Below, in pieces: positions 20,333-30,944 of a stretch of DNA of 64,000 nt. Position 1 is the stretch's first letter. Every line of letters starts with the position of its first letter. The position numbers were made by a program, and so were the translations under genes. Under the pieces are notes generated by a model that ran no database searches, was not told the DNA's origin, and worked only from the letters and a program-made list of their open reading frames with translations. Source of the stretch: an uncultured delta proteobacterium (GTDB taxonomy: Bacteria; Desulfobacterota; Binatia; Binatales; Binataceae); assembly GCA_963808235.1 (NCBI GenBank), contig CAWEEQ010000004.1:2080001-2144000 (forward strand), given 5' to 3'.

Positions 20333-22870
20333 CTAAATGTAAACCATCAACGGATGCTGCATCGGACGCCCGGCTTCGAGGGAAGTCAGGATGGTGTCGA
20401 GGTTGACCGGTGCGCGCCGGAAGATTTCGTCGCCGAGCGCATCCGACAGCGCGTTCAGGATCGAGGCGCATCCTCCGCCAACCGGCGGCTCGCCGATGCC
20501 ACGCGCGCCGACGGGAGTTTCGGGATCTGGAATGTCGAGTGCAGCCCACTGCATGTTGACCGGCACATCGAGAATCGTGGGCGGCTTGTTCTGGTAAAAG
20601 CGCGTCGAAAGCATCGCGCCGTAGTGAGGGTCGTACACCCACTTCTGACCGATCGCATGGCCCATCCCGAGAACCGAGCGGCCCAGCACCTGGCCGCCCA
20701 GCGCGCGCGGATGAATCACCGAGCCAACGTCGGCGTAGGCGAGAAAATCCACGATGTCATATTTGCCGGTCTCGACGTTGACCTCGACTTCGGCAAAGCT
20801 CGCGACATACGAAAACGTCTGGCCATCGCGCGGATAGTTGTCCTTGGCGGCGGCAACCAGGCCCTGGCCCGCCACTGCCGCGACCGACGCCTTGGTCAAT
20901 TTGTGCAGGTCAGGCGCAGCTTCGTGACCGTCGTAGATGCCGCCGAGTTGAATCGCGTGTTGAGCCGCCTGCGCCAGAGTCATGCCGCGGCCGTCGCCCT
21001 TGCGGTAGACGCGCTCGTCGGCGACCTCGTAGTCCTCGGGCCGGCCGCCTAGACTTTTCGCGCCGATCTCCTGCAGCTTCTTGCGGGCGTCCATCGCGGT
21101 TGCGTATGCCGCTCGAGTCATCGCGTGCGTTGTCTGGCTGCCACCCGAGACGCAGGTGAATGGAAGGTTGTTGGCAGTGTTGCCCCATACGACGTCGCAC
21201 TTTTCCCACGGCACACCGAGAACTTCCGCACCGGCACGATGCACGTCGATCACCGATTCAGTTCCCAGGTTCCCGATTCCGGACTGGAAGGTGACGCGGC
21301 CGTCCGGCTTTATGACCAGCAGCCCATCGAAGCCGATCGTGCCGCCGACGAAGCAACTGAGCGAGACGCCAACACCCCGCACCTTCGAGCCGATCCGCTT
21401 CGGAGTGCGCGCCACCCTCTCCTGCCATTTGAACTGTTGCGCGCCGCGATCGAGCGCATCTTTTATAAATGCGCTCGTTGCGTGCAGCCGCTCTCCATTC
21501 ACCGGTGCTCCAAACGGCGCCTTGCCTTCGGGACAGTTGATGCGCCGGATCGCGACCTGGTCCAAACCCAGCTTGCGCGCGGCTTTCGCGATGATCGGTT
21601 CGATAATCGTGATGCCCTGCAAGCCTCCCGGCGAACTTTGCGCGCTGCGCGGCGGAGTGTTCGTCAGGATCGTGGCGCCGCGCCATCGCATCGCTTGCGG
21701 CTGATACAGCAGCGAAACGATTCGGCCCGAAGTTGGGACATCGCCCTGCGCGTCGTAGGGGCCGTTGTTGGAAATAACGAACATGTCGAGCGCTACGATT
21801 CGTCCCTCTCGGGAGAACCCGGCTTTCATCCGGCCCATCAGGCTGGGCCGCGCGCGGCCGATGAAGGTTTCTTCCTCGCGGCTGATGCGCATCATCACCG
21901 GCGCGTTCGCTTTCTTCGAGAGCAGCGCAGGAATCACCAGCGACACTCCGGCCGTGACTTTGCTGCCGAAGCCGCCGCCGGTGTATTCGCTGATCAGCAC
22001 GACTTTGCCGCGGTCCATATTCAGCCATCTCGCGATGGCGGGAACGGTTTGCGCGGTGCTCTGCGTGCCCGTGTAAACGTAGACCTTCCCGTTGCGCCAG
22101 TAGGCCATCGCGCTACGCGTCTCGAGCGTCTGGTGGCTGGTGTCCGGCGTGACGAAGGTTTCGTCAAGGACGAGCGCGGCGCTCTTGAAGCCCGCGTCGA
22201 GGTCGCCGTACGACCATTGGTCGGGTGTCTTGCCCATCGGCAGTTGACCGTCGCTGGCGTCCGCGAAATCCTCCTCCGTCCACTTTAGTTCGCCGATAGA
22301 GGGCGGCGGACTTGGCGGCGCTCCCGGCGCGGGAGCTGGAGGAACGACCCAGATGTTGCCGTTCACTCTAGGATTGGGACCGCCCGGCCGCAGCGTTTCG
22401 AGCGGATCGATGACGAATGGAAGCGGCTCGAGATCGACATGAATCTTCTCGATCGCATCGGCCGCGGTCAGCTCGTCAACCGCAGCGACGGCGAGGATCG
22501 GCTCGCCCTGGTACACCGGCTCCATCGTGAGTGCGCGTTCGCTTTTCGGGTTGGCTTTGATCACCGTGCCGTTATCGGTAACGCTGTCGGCTGGCGGTGG
22601 GAGATCATCCGCGGTGAGAATTGCTCTCACCCCGGGCATCGCAAGCGCCTCGCGCGCGTCGATGTGCCTCACCCGCGCATGCGGCATCGGGCTGAGCAGC
22701 AGTTTGCAGAACAGCATGCCGTCGGCATGATAGTCCTCGGCATACTTCGCCTGTCCGGTGACTTTCGCGTACAGGTCGGGAGTCTCGTAATCCTTTCCGA
22801 TGAGCCTGCGCCCAACGCCGTACACGCGTTCAGGCGTCGGGGCGGGACTCGCGGCGTTTTTCTCAGACAT
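20333..22870 (-). CDS. Xanthine dehydrogenase family molybdopterin-binding subunit (PaoC-like)
   Basis: KVTGQAKY, SPMPHARV, GGGFGSK, SGGSQTT, ARGIGEPP. Confidence 0.92.
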   Translation of the reverse strand: MSEKNAASPAPTPERVYGVGRRLIGKDYETPDLYAKVTGQAKYAEDYHADGMLFCKLLLSPMPHARVRHIDAREALAMPGVRAILTADDLPPPADSVTDNGTVIKANPKSERALTMEPVYQGEPILAVAAVDELTAADAIEKIHVDLEPLPFVIDPLETLRPGGPNPRVNGNIWVVPPAPAPGAPPSPPPSIGELKWTEEDFADASDGQLPMGKTPDQWSYGDLDAGFKSAALVLDETFVTPDTSHQTLETRSAMAYWRNGKVYVYTGTQSTAQTVPAIARWLNMDRGKVVLISEYTGGGFGSKVTAGVSLVIPALLSKKANAPVMMRISREEETFIGRARPSLMGRMKAGFSREGRIVALDMFVISNNGPYDAQGDVPTSGRIVSLLYQPQAMRWRGATILTNTPPRSAQSSPGGLQGITIIEPIIAKAARKLGLDQVAIRRINCPEGKAPFGAPVNGERLHATSAFIKDALDRGAQQFKWQERVARTPKRIGSKVRGVGVSLSCFVGGTIGFDGLLVIKPDGRVTFQSGIGNLGTESVIDVHRAGAEVLGVPWEKCDVVWGNTANNLPFTCVSGGSQTTHAMTRAAYATAMDARKKLQEIGAKSLGGRPEDYEVADERVYRKGDGRGMTLAQAAQHAIQLGGIYDGHEAAPDLHKLTKASVAAVAGQGLVAAAKDNYPRDGQTFSYVASFAEVEVNVETGKYDIVDFLAYADVGSVIHPRALGGQVLGRSVLGMGHAIGQKWVYDPHYGAMLSTRFYQNKPPTILDVPVNMQWAALDIPDPETPVGARGIGEPPVGGGCASILNALSDALGDEIFRRAPVNLDTILTSLEAGRPMQHPLMVYI

Positions 22871-23504
22871 GGCTGGTCTTCCTCATATTTTCTGCCCCGC
22901 GCATCAGCGCGGTGAGGATCTTGTCGTAGTCCTGGCATCGGCACAGGTTTCCCGAGACGCCGTTGGCCAGCTCCGCCCGAGTCGGGTTGGGATTCGATTT
23001 GAGAAATGCCACCGATGACATAATGAAGCCGGGCATGCAGAACGCGCACTGGAACCCTTGTTCGTCGACAACGCCCTGCTGGATCGGATGCAGTTTTCCG
23101 TCGGCGCCAGCCATTCCTTCGATCGTCAGAACCTTTCGGGTGCGCACTGTGTGCGTGAGTACCGAGCACGCATAGTGAGGCACGTCGTCAATCAGCACGG
23201 TGCACGAGCCGCATTCGGCCCGGTCGCAGCCCAATTTTGTGCCGGTGAGGCCAAGCTTGTGACGCAACGTCCAGGCGAGCGTCTCCTGCTTCATGACGTC
23301 GGCGCGCCGCAGCTGGCCATTGACGTTGATCGTGACAAGGCGCCCGCCTACGCCGCCGGATTGAGCCAGCAGCGTGGACGCGCGAAATAGATAGCCCGCC
23401 GAGGAGACGGCTGCGCCGCCGACGATCACTCCTTTGATGAAGTCGCGTCTTGAGATCGCGCCCGGCGTGCTAGCGATAATTTTTGGATCCGCAACGTCGC
23501 TCAT
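22863..23504 (-). CDS. 2Fe-2S subunit with Tat signal (PaoA-like)
   Basis: SRRDFIK twin-arginine motif; GCDRAECGSCTV, QCAFC, NLCRC. Confidence 0.92.
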   Translation of the reverse strand: MSDVADPKIIASTPGAISRRDFIKGVIVGGAAVSSAGYLFRASTLLAQSGGVGGRLVTINVNGQLRRADVMKQETLAWTLRHKLGLTGTKLGCDRAECGSCTVLIDDVPHYACSVLTHTVRTRKVLTIEGMAGADGKLHPIQQGVVDEQGFQCAFCMPGFIMSSVAFLKSNPNPTRAELANGVSGNLCRCQDYDKILTALMRGAENMRKTSHV

Positions 23505-23614
23505 CCGAGAAGTACCTCCTGCGGCACGGAGGAAGTGAAAAGCCCTATTTCATCCATATCCCATCTGGAAATTTGGATCGAATCGGTCGTGTCTCAGCAC
23601 GACCTCACCGCTAC

Positions 23615-23636
23615 AGGCGTGAAAAGTGGCCGCACA
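23615..23636 (-). promoter_or_regulatory. Conserved motif TGTG-N7-TTTTCACGCCT, copy 1
   Basis: Upstream of the pao-like operon; same spacing as four other copies. Confidence 0.6.
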
Positions 23637-23687
23637 AAAGGTGCGCGCCTTCCCCTTTCACATTTCGATGTTTGATCGGCTCTCTTC

Positions 23688-26600
23688 CTACCGATGCGAG
23701 CGTGCGACCGCAGGTCTGTTTCCGCTGACGGCGTGCACGGGCACGCTTCTGACCGGGGTCTCCGCAGGCTCAGGACGATGGTCAGTCAAGTAGCGGATCG
23801 CCGTATAGAACACAGGGGTCAGGAACACTCCGAAGAACGTCACGCCGATCATGCCGAAGAACACAACTGTGCCGAGCGCCTGTCTCATCTCGGCGCCCGC
23901 GCCGGTGGCGATGATCAGCGGGATCACGCCGAAGATGAACGCGAAGCTCGTCATCAGGATCGGGCGCAGGCGCAGACGGGCGGCTTTGATGGCGGCGTCT
24001 GCCGCTGTCATCTCGCGATGGTGCTCCTGCTGTTGCTTGGCGAACTCGACGATCAGCACCGCGTTCTTCACACTCATCCCCGCCAGCACCACGAAACCGA
24101 TCTGGGTGAAAATGTTGTTGTCCATATGCCGGGCCCAGACTGCGGTGATGCCGCACAGTAGGCACATCGGCACGATCAGGATGATCGCGGTCGAGAGTGC
24201 GAAGCTTTCGTACTCCGCCGAATGCGTCAGCCACACGAACAGGATGCAGAGCGGGAAGACAAGGAACGCCAGGCCGCTGGCCGCCTTCTCCTGGAAGGCC
24301 AAATTCGTCCACTCGTAGTTGTATTGCCGGGGAAGCTGCGCGTCGGCGACCTCCTCCATCGCGGCGATGGCCTGGCCGCTGCTGTAGCCCGGTGCGTTAG
24401 CGCCGATGATGTCGGCTGAACCGTATAGATCGTATCGCTGGATCCGGTCCGGGCCGACTATGTCCTTCAGCTCGGAGATCGCGCCCAACGGGACCATCTG
24501 GCCCGCGGCGTTGCGCGTCTTGAGCTGGGCCACCTGTGCGACGGTGGCGCGGAACGGCGCGTCGGCCTGCGCCATCACGTGCCACGTGCGACCGAGATAG
24601 TTGAAGTCGTTGATGTAGAACCCGCCGAGGTACACTTGCAGCGCCTGGAAAACGTCCGTGACCTGCACGTTCTGATCCTTGGCTTTGACGCGATCCACGT
24701 TGACGTAAATCTGCGGCACGCTGGCGCGGAAGGTGGAGAACAATTTGCTCAACTCGGGGCGACTGCGGGCGGCATCGATCAGGTGTTGAGTCGCCGCCTG
24801 GAGCTGCTGGGGCGTAGCGTTGCCCGAACGATCTTCAACCTGCATGGTGAAGCCGCCGGCATTTCCAATCCCAGTGACTGCCGGCGGCATCAGCACTACA
24901 GCCTGGCCACCTTCCACCTCGCTAAATTGTTGCCTGAGCCTCTTCGCGATGGCGTCCGCCGTCATATCGGTCTTGCCGGCGCGTTCGGCGAACGGCGTCA
25001 AATGAACGAACAAAAGGCCTGCTGCGGATGAGTTGGCGCCAGTCAGGATGGAGAAACCAGAAACCGCGAACGCGTCCCGAATCCCTTTGGTCTTGAACGC
25101 CAGGTTCGCCAGTTGCGTCATCACCGCGTCGGTCCGCTCGATCGACGATGCGTCGGGCATCTGAACGTTCCCGATGAGATATCCCTGGTCCTGGGTCGGA
25201 ATAAATCCGGTCGGCACTATTCTGAACATGCCGTACGCCAGATAAACCAATCCCACGTAAACAATCAGCGTGATAATCCCGTAACGGACCACGTAATGCA
25301 GCGACTTGATGTACCACTGGTTGGTCAGCTCGAAGCCCTTGTTGAACAGCCGAAAAAACCAGCCGAGCGCGGAGTCGAGCGCCGTCGTCAGCCAGTCCTG
25401 TTTCGCGTCATGGGGCCTGAGCAGCAGCGCCGACAGAGCGGGACTGAGTGTCAGCGAGACGAAAGCCGAGAGCAAGGTCGAGAATGCGATCGTCAGCGCG
25501 AACTGCTGATAGAACCGGCCGGTGATACCTGGAATGAAGGCGACCGGAATGAATACGGCGGAGAGGCCGAACGCGATGGCGATGACGGCCGGCGTGACCT
25601 CGTCCATCGCCTTGAACGCCGCATCGCGCGGGCTTTCGCCCTCGTCGAGCCATCGCTGTACGTTCTCGACCACGACGATCGCGTCGTCTACTACGATTCC
25701 AATTGCGAGCACCAGTCCGAACAGCGTCAGCATGTTCAGCGAGAATCCAACCAGCCACATGGCCGCGAAGGTACCGACCAGCGACACCGGGATAGCCAGG
25801 ATCGGCACCAGCGAAGCCCGCCAGCTCTGCAGAAACACCAGCACCACCAGCGCCACCAAGCTGATGGCTATAAGCAACGTATGGATCAGGTCCGTGATGC
25901 TTTCACGAACGAAGGGCGTAGTGTCGTGTGCGACGGCGTAATCCACGCCGGGAGGAAAGTGCTTCTTGAGCTCCTTCATCTTGGCGTAGATCACGTTGGC
26001 GGTGTCGATTGCGTTGGTGCCCGGTAGCTGGAAAACGGCCAGCGCGACGGATGGGTGCCCGTTGTAATCAACGGTGGTGCCGTAATCGGCGGCGCCCAGC
26101 TCGACGCGGCCTATTTCCTTCAATCGCGTGATGCGCCCGTCGGCGCCGACCTTGACGACAATGTCGCCGAACTCAGATGGATCGGTGAGCCGGCCCTGCG
26201 CATTCAATGTGTACTGAAAAGCGGAGCTCTCCTTGGGCAGCGGCGGCCCGCCGACAATTCCGGCCGCCACCTGGATATTCTGCTCTCGCACTGCGTTGAC
26301 GACGTCGCCCGCGGTCATGTTTCGCGCCGCCATCTCGTCGGGATTGAGCCACAGCCGCATCGAATAGTCGCGCACGCCGAAGAGATTGATGTCGCCGACG
26401 CCGGGCAGCCGGGCGATCACATCCTTCACTTGCAGGGTCACGTAGTTGCTCAGGAACAGTGCGTCGTGCGACCCGTCCGGCGAGAAGAACGCGATCGCAA
26501 GGGTTATGTCCGGCGACGCCTTCTTGACGATGATCCCCTCCAGCTGCACCTCTGGCGGAAGCTGCGGCTGGGCGATCGCCACCCGGTTCTGCACTTGCAC

Positions 26601-26918
26601 CTGCGCCACATCGAGGTTCGTGCCGACCTTGAAGGTCACCGTCAGGTTCAGGTTGCCGGTGTTGGTCGACTGGCTGGACATATAGAGCATGTTCTCCACG
26701 CCGTTGATCTGTTCTTCGATCGGCGTGGCGACAGTCCTCGCGACGGTTTCGGCATTGGCGCCCGGGTAGGTAGCGCTGACGGTGACGGTCGGCGGCGCAA
26801 TCTGAGGGTATTGCGCGATCGGCAGCGTGAACATCGCGATCGAGCCGGCGATGATCGCGACGATCGATAGAACGATCGCGAACACCGGACGGTCGATAAA
26901 GAAATGTGCGATCTTCAC
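23688..26918 (-). CDS. RND efflux permease (HAE1, MexF/BpeF-like)
   Basis: FFIDRPVFA, LPIAQYP, GIVVDDAIVVVENV, RLRPILMTS. Confidence 0.95.
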   Translation of the reverse strand: MKIAHFFIDRPVFAIVLSIVAIIAGSIAMFTLPIAQYPQIAPPTVTVSATYPGANAETVARTVATPIEEQINGVENMLYMSSQSTNTGNLNLTVTFKVGTNLDVAQVQVQNRVAIAQPQLPPEVQLEGIIVKKASPDITLAIAFFSPDGSHDALFLSNYVTLQVKDVIARLPGVGDINLFGVRDYSMRLWLNPDEMAARNMTAGDVVNAVREQNIQVAAGIVGGPPLPKESSAFQYTLNAQGRLTDPSEFGDIVVKVGADGRITRLKEIGRVELGAADYGTTVDYNGHPSVALAVFQLPGTNAIDTANVIYAKMKELKKHFPPGVDYAVAHDTTPFVRESITDLIHTLLIAISLVALVVLVFLQSWRASLVPILAIPVSLVGTFAAMWLVGFSLNMLTLFGLVLAIGIVVDDAIVVVENVQRWLDEGESPRDAAFKAMDEVTPAVIAIAFGLSAVFIPVAFIPGITGRFYQQFALTIAFSTLLSAFVSLTLSPALSALLLRPHDAKQDWLTTALDSALGWFFRLFNKGFELTNQWYIKSLHYVVRYGIITLIVYVGLVYLAYGMFRIVPTGFIPTQDQGYLIGNVQMPDASSIERTDAVMTQLANLAFKTKGIRDAFAVSGFSILTGANSSAAGLLFVHLTPFAERAGKTDMTADAIAKRLRQQFSEVEGGQAVVLMPPAVTGIGNAGGFTMQVEDRSGNATPQQLQAATQHLIDAARSRPELSKLFSTFRASVPQIYVNVDRVKAKDQNVQVTDVFQALQVYLGGFYINDFNYLGRTWHVMAQADAPFRATVAQVAQLKTRNAAGQMVPLGAISELKDIVGPDRIQRYDLYGSADIIGANAPGYSSGQAIAAMEEVADAQLPRQYNYEWTNLAFQEKAASGLAFLVFPLCILFVWLTHSAEYESFALSTAIILIVPMCLLCGITAVWARHMDNNIFTQIGFVVLAGMSVKNAVLIVEFAKQQQEHHREMTAADAAIKAARLRLRPILMTSFAFIFGVIPLIIATGAGAEMRQALGTVVFFGMIGVTFFGVFLTPVFYTAIRYLTDHRPEPAETPVRSVPVHAVSGNRPAVARSHR

Positions 26919-28183
26919 TGGCGCGCCTTCGCGGAAGATTGGGAATCCGACCGATAAGCAGTCCGCATCTCGGACGGCGTCTGCGTACTCGGCGGCTCGG
27001 CCGCGATGCTCTCCAGTGCGTCCAGCGACTGGGTAGGAACCGGCACCTCGTGCGGAATGATCTTCGCACCGGATTGCGCGAACTGCATTCCGTTGACAAT
27101 CACCCTCTCATCCGGCTTGAGGCCGTCAGTAACTGATCGCAGAGTGCCGAACAGCGCGCCCAACTTCACCGGCCGCTGCTGCACGACGTTGTTGCTTCCG
27201 ACGATCAGAAGGTAGCGCTCGTCCTGGTCGGTGTTCACCGCCGCATCGGGAATCAGCAGCGCGTTGTAACGGCCGCTGGCCGGGATTCGCGTCAGGGCGA
27301 AGAGCCCCGGCGTCAGGATAGTCGTCGGGTTGCCGAACACACAGCGGATCTGCTGCGTTCCGGTATTCACGTCCACCTGGTTGTCGACGAAGTCGATCAC
27401 ACCCTGATGCGGAAAGTTCGTCTCGTTCTCCAGTTGCAGCGAGCACGCAACGTTTGCCCCCGCAACAGTGTCCTTCTTGTTCTTCAGCGCCAGCTCCTGG
27501 TAACGCAGCGCCGCGCTTTCGGGAACGTTGATGTAAGCGTAGAGCGGATCGATCGAGACGATCGTGGTCAGCGCCGTCGCCTGTCCGGAACCGCCGTTAA
27601 CGAGGTTACCCACCGTCACATTCATTCGACTCACCCGGCCAGTGATCGGCGCCCTCACGTCGGTCCACTCCAGATTGAGGCGTGAGGTCTCGAGCGCTGC
27701 CTCGGCCGCCTTCAGCGACGCGTCCGCCTCCCCGTATGACGCTTTGGTATTGTCGTAATCCGCTCGCGCGATCACTTGAGCCTTAAGCAGCTCGCTGAAG
27801 CGCCCGAAGTCAGCCTTCGTTTTCTCCTCCATCGCTTTCGCCTGGGCGACCGCGGCTTTCTTGTTGTCGAGGTCGGCCTGGAACGGGCGCTGGTCGATCC
27901 TGAACAGCAGGTCGCCCGCGTGCACGATTGCGCCCTCCTGGAAAGGCGCCTCTTCGATAAGTCCGCTGACTCGTGCATCAACGGTCACGGTTTTAGGAGA
28001 CGAGAGATATCCGCTGTATTGATCCCAACGGATCACATCGCGCTGAAGCGGTCGGCTGACTGTGACCGTCGCCGGTGGCGGCGCCTGTGGCGCAACCACT
28101 CGCTTGCAGCCCGCAACGAGTACCAATACCAATGCAACCAGCGCCATTGCCCATTGAGAACAGCGCAACTGAATGCGATTCAT
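26915..28183 (-). CDS. RND periplasmic adaptor (MFP) lipoprotein
   Basis: Lipobox VAG-C, ARVSG, APITGRV, DFVDNQVD..TGT; start MNRIQL. Confidence 0.92.
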   Translation of the reverse strand: MNRIQLRCSQWAMALVALVLVLVAGCKRVVAPQAPPPATVTVSRPLQRDVIRWDQYSGYLSSPKTVTVDARVSGLIEEAPFQEGAIVHAGDLLFRIDQRPFQADLDNKKAAVAQAKAMEEKTKADFGRFSELLKAQVIARADYDNTKASYGEADASLKAAEAALETSRLNLEWTDVRAPITGRVSRMNVTVGNLVNGGSGQATALTTIVSIDPLYAYINVPESAALRYQELALKNKKDTVAGANVACSLQLENETNFPHQGVIDFVDNQVDVNTGTQQIRCVFGNPTTILTPGLFALTRIPASGRYNALLIPDAAVNTDQDERYLLIVGSNNVVQQRPVKLGALFGTLRSVTDGLKPDERVIVNGMQFAQSGAKIIPHEVPVPTQSLDALESIAAEPPSTQTPSEMRTAYRSDSQSSAKARQ

Positions 28184-28215
28184 AAAACTACCTTCGATCG
28201 CTGATGCGCGTGAAG

Positions 28216-28893
28216 TTACGATCCTTGATGCCGACCGCCGCCGGCTGCCGCATGTGAGGGAGAATGTTTCCCGGCCTTCGCCGTTCCATTTGTCACTGCA
28301 CAAGCGAAGAGCCGCGACCCTATCCATTCCAGGCAGGCGCTCCATTTCCGCCGGAACTCGGGATCAAGCGGGTCCATGCCGGTAACCAGCGAGGTGACTT
28401 GAGGCAGCGCCAGGGGAAACGCGCGCAACGCCGCGCTGACCAGCGGCAACATCTCTTCGTCAGCGTCGGGAGGTAAAACTCCGCTGGCCTTTGCTCGCCG
28501 CCAACGGGCAACCTCAGCCTGGAAGTGGGCTCGCCTCTCCTCTTCCGCAACCAGCTTGCGGTTATTTTTGTCGAGAGCCTCCCACTGCCACATCCGGAGC
28601 GCGTCGACATCTTCGCAACAGGCTGCGAACCCGCTGACCAGGCTGCTGGTGAGTTCCTGGTCCGGCGTCGATTCGATGATCGCCGTTTTGGCCGACAGCT
28701 TTTGCGCGAGCACGGCCCGATAAAGGCCCTCTTTGGAATCGAAGCAATAGAAGATCATCCGCTCGTTGACGCGCGCGCGCCGTGCGATCGCGTCAGTACG
28801 CGCGCCGGCAAATCCGTTCGCCGCGAACTCTTTTTGAGCCGCCGCCATGATCCGCTCCTGGGTGCGATTCAGATCGCGCTGCTGCTGTGCCAT
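28216..28893 (-). CDS. TetR-family transcriptional regulator
   Basis: IMAAAQKEFAANGFAGARTDAIARRARVNERMIFYCFDSKEGLY HTH. Confidence 0.92.
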   Translation of the reverse strand: MAQQQRDLNRTQERIMAAAQKEFAANGFAGARTDAIARRARVNERMIFYCFDSKEGLYRAVLAQKLSAKTAIIESTPDQELTSSLVSGFAACCEDVDALRMWQWEALDKNNRKLVAEEERRAHFQAEVARWRRAKASGVLPPDADEEMLPLVSAALRAFPLALPQVTSLVTGMDPLDPEFRRKWSACLEWIGSRLFACAVTNGTAKAGKHSPSHAAAGGGRHQGS

Positions 28894-28920
28894 TGGTCGT
28901 TCTGTTCCTCTCTGATGTGG

Positions 28921-28968
28921 ATGCTTAATTGTATTAAGCATACACTTAACGACGCAAGAGGCGTGCCC
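28921..28968 (-). promoter_or_regulatory. Sigma-54-type promoter (GGCACGCCTCTTGC) plus palindromic operator ATGCTTAAT-TGT-ATTAAGCAT
   Basis: GG-N10-GC at 28967-28954; perfect 9-bp inverted repeat 28921-28941 just upstream of tetR. Confidence 0.65.
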
Positions 28969-29070
28969 AAAACTCTTCTCTGCAAAGAGCTTGGGAATTT
29001 CGCGCTAGCGACGCCGATCGCGTCGCGAAAGGCGAAAGCGGTGGCGAAATGCGAGGGTTTGGGAAACTTT

Positions 29071-29097
29071 GCGGCCCCGCCAGGATGGCGGGGCCGC
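29071..29097 (-). terminator. GC-rich hairpin after the DUF1329 gene
   Basis: Perfect 11-bp stem GCGGCCCCGCC/GGCGGGGCCGC about 17 nt after the stop; weak U tract. Confidence 0.5.
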
Positions 29098-29113
29098 TGG
29101 CAGGAACTCAGTC

Positions 29114-30451
29114 TTAGTGGCCGGCCTGGACCATCTTCTCAGGCGTGAAGAAATTGCGGTCGACCGCGCCCATGTTGATGAAGACGCTGTCGTCATGATT
29201 TTGGTGTCCGGGCGAATAAATCACGGTAGAAAAACCGTCGGTCACGTCTTCGTCAACCATGGCGGTCTGGAACATCCGCTTAAAGGGCCAGATTGCGACC
29301 CTGGCATTCTCGACCGGGCGGTCGCGATACGCACTGAAGGTCACCAGCGTTTTCCAGAGCTGTCCGTTATTGTCGAATTGATCCGAGGCAGTGACGAACC
29401 AGCCTTCCGAATCGACGTAGAGAATGCGCTTGGGAGAAATCAGGCTGCCGCCGATTACGGAGCGGGGCTTGGCAGTCGCCTCAATCACGTAAAGGTGGCG
29501 CATCTCCCAATTCTCCGGGCATACCGAGCGGCCGCCGTCGCTGGTGCATGGCTCAGCGGGAGAATTCGCGGCGTCAACGGATGCAAGCATCGATCGCTCG
29601 CCTAGCAGCCGGTACGTGAAGTCCTGGATTCTCGCAGAGAAGCCGAACGCGGAATCGGGATCCCAGGTGGAGGCATAAGTGGTAACGCTCGCCGCAGCTC
29701 CGCCCATCGGGCCTGACGGGCCAGTCTTGGCCAATCCGAAACTATCGGCGAGTTGCGTCGCAGGCAGACGCCTCAACCTTCCCTGCCCGGGGCTGTATTC
29801 CCAGACCGCGTCTTCGAATCCTTTAATCGCGTAGCGCTGCCTGACTATTCCCGCGCCGCGCATCTCGGCAGGCTCGAGGATCGGATAAGCTCCGTCACGA
29901 GCGACAATGCCGGTCTTCAAGACGTCGGGATCCATCGGCATCGGAGCCACTTCGGTCCGTCCAACATACTTGTAAGCGCCGAGATGGCCGAAGGTGAAGT
30001 GCTCGATCTCGTTGGATGACCCCGCGCGATGACTTACAGCTTCGACATCGCGTTGATCCACGTCGTCGGTGTATTGCGGGCGGAACGCAAAGTTCCACAT
30101 GATCTTGGTGGCAGCCTGTGGGTCATTGGCATCGACCAGCGGAAACGGAAGGCCGGCGACGTAATTCTTGAGGTTGCCGTCGGAGCTGAGCGAGACCTGC
30201 GGCGAATATTGTTCGGTGGCGGCTTTGTAAGGCGGCGGCCAGTCGAGGTGGCCGGTTGCAACAATCTTCATCACCATCCCTTGCTTGACCAGGATGAAGT
30301 TCCCCGGACTTACAAGTGACTCGACCTCTGCCGCGTTGTCGGAGGTGATAACGTCTCCGGGTTTCACCTGGGCCAACGCGGGAATGGATGTGGTGAAAAA
30401 GGCAATCGTCAGCGCGAACGCGGCGACGGTTGCAGTTCGATTGAGTTTCAT
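29114..30451 (-). CDS. DUF1329 domain-containing secreted protein
   Basis: Signal peptide; YKAATEQYS, AGLPFP...DPQAA.KIMWN, RLRRL, WEMR..YVIEA, KRILYVD, GQLWK. Confidence 0.85.
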   Translation of the reverse strand: MKLNRTATVAAFALTIAFFTTSIPALAQVKPGDVITSDNAAEVESLVSPGNFILVKQGMVMKIVATGHLDWPPPYKAATEQYSPQVSLSSDGNLKNYVAGLPFPLVDANDPQAATKIMWNFAFRPQYTDDVDQRDVEAVSHRAGSSNEIEHFTFGHLGAYKYVGRTEVAPMPMDPDVLKTGIVARDGAYPILEPAEMRGAGIVRQRYAIKGFEDAVWEYSPGQGRLRRLPATQLADSFGLAKTGPSGPMGGAAASVTTYASTWDPDSAFGFSARIQDFTYRLLGERSMLASVDAANSPAEPCTSDGGRSVCPENWEMRHLYVIEATAKPRSVIGGSLISPKRILYVDSEGWFVTASDQFDNNGQLWKTLVTFSAYRDRPVENARVAIWPFKRMFQTAMVDEDVTDGFSTVIYSPGHQNHDDSVFINMGAVDRNFFTPEKMVQAGH

Positions 30452-30518
30452 AGGAACTCTCCTTGGACTCCACTGTTACTTTCCGGAAGTCTCCTCATCT
30501 CATGCAGTGTGATTAGCA

Positions 30519-30944
30519 TTAGAAGTGCGCCGGCAGTCTGCCGGTAACGTTGACCGGAGAGCGCCGAATTGTTCGCGGCTTATCGCCGCCCGAGCGTCTG
30601 TTATAACGCCCGCGAACTAGCCAGCTCCTCAAGCCGCCCGGATCGATCTCCAACGACTCGCAGACCGACTGGAAAGAAAAAGGTCCGTGGCCCCGGTCGT
30701 CGAAAATCCACCGCTGAACTTCCCTGAATTCGCGCCGTCCGGTCGTATGACTGGCTTCGGAAGTGCGCTGAAAGCATCGCACTGCGTCGATAAGGACGGC
30801 GGCCATCAGGCGCATGACCGGCTCGAGTGACGGCGCGCGTCGCCGACCGGGGTAAAACTGTTCGGGCATAACCCCATCAGTTTCAAACGAAAGCTCATTG
30901 CTGGTCGTACCTGTCGAAACGATTCGCATATCTGGTTCGTTCAT
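30519..30944 (-). CDS. Conserved hypothetical protein (RLMAAVLIDAV...WI...PFSFQSVCESL family)
   Basis: Pattern recognised as a family common in Binatota/Deltaproteobacteria; function unknown. Confidence 0.65.
   Translation of the reverse strand: MNEPDMRIVSTGTTSNELSFETDGVMPEQFYPGRRRAPSLEPVMRLMAAVLIDAVRCFQRTSEASHTTGRREFREVQRWIFDDRGHGPFSFQSVCESLEIDPGGLRSWLVRGRYNRRSGGDKPRTIRRSPVNVTGRLPAHF

Noticed and set aside
23615-23636. Regulon motif as a CRP/FNR site
   Set aside because: TGTG-to-TCAC spacing is 10 nt rather than 7, and the invariant GCCT flank is not CRP-like
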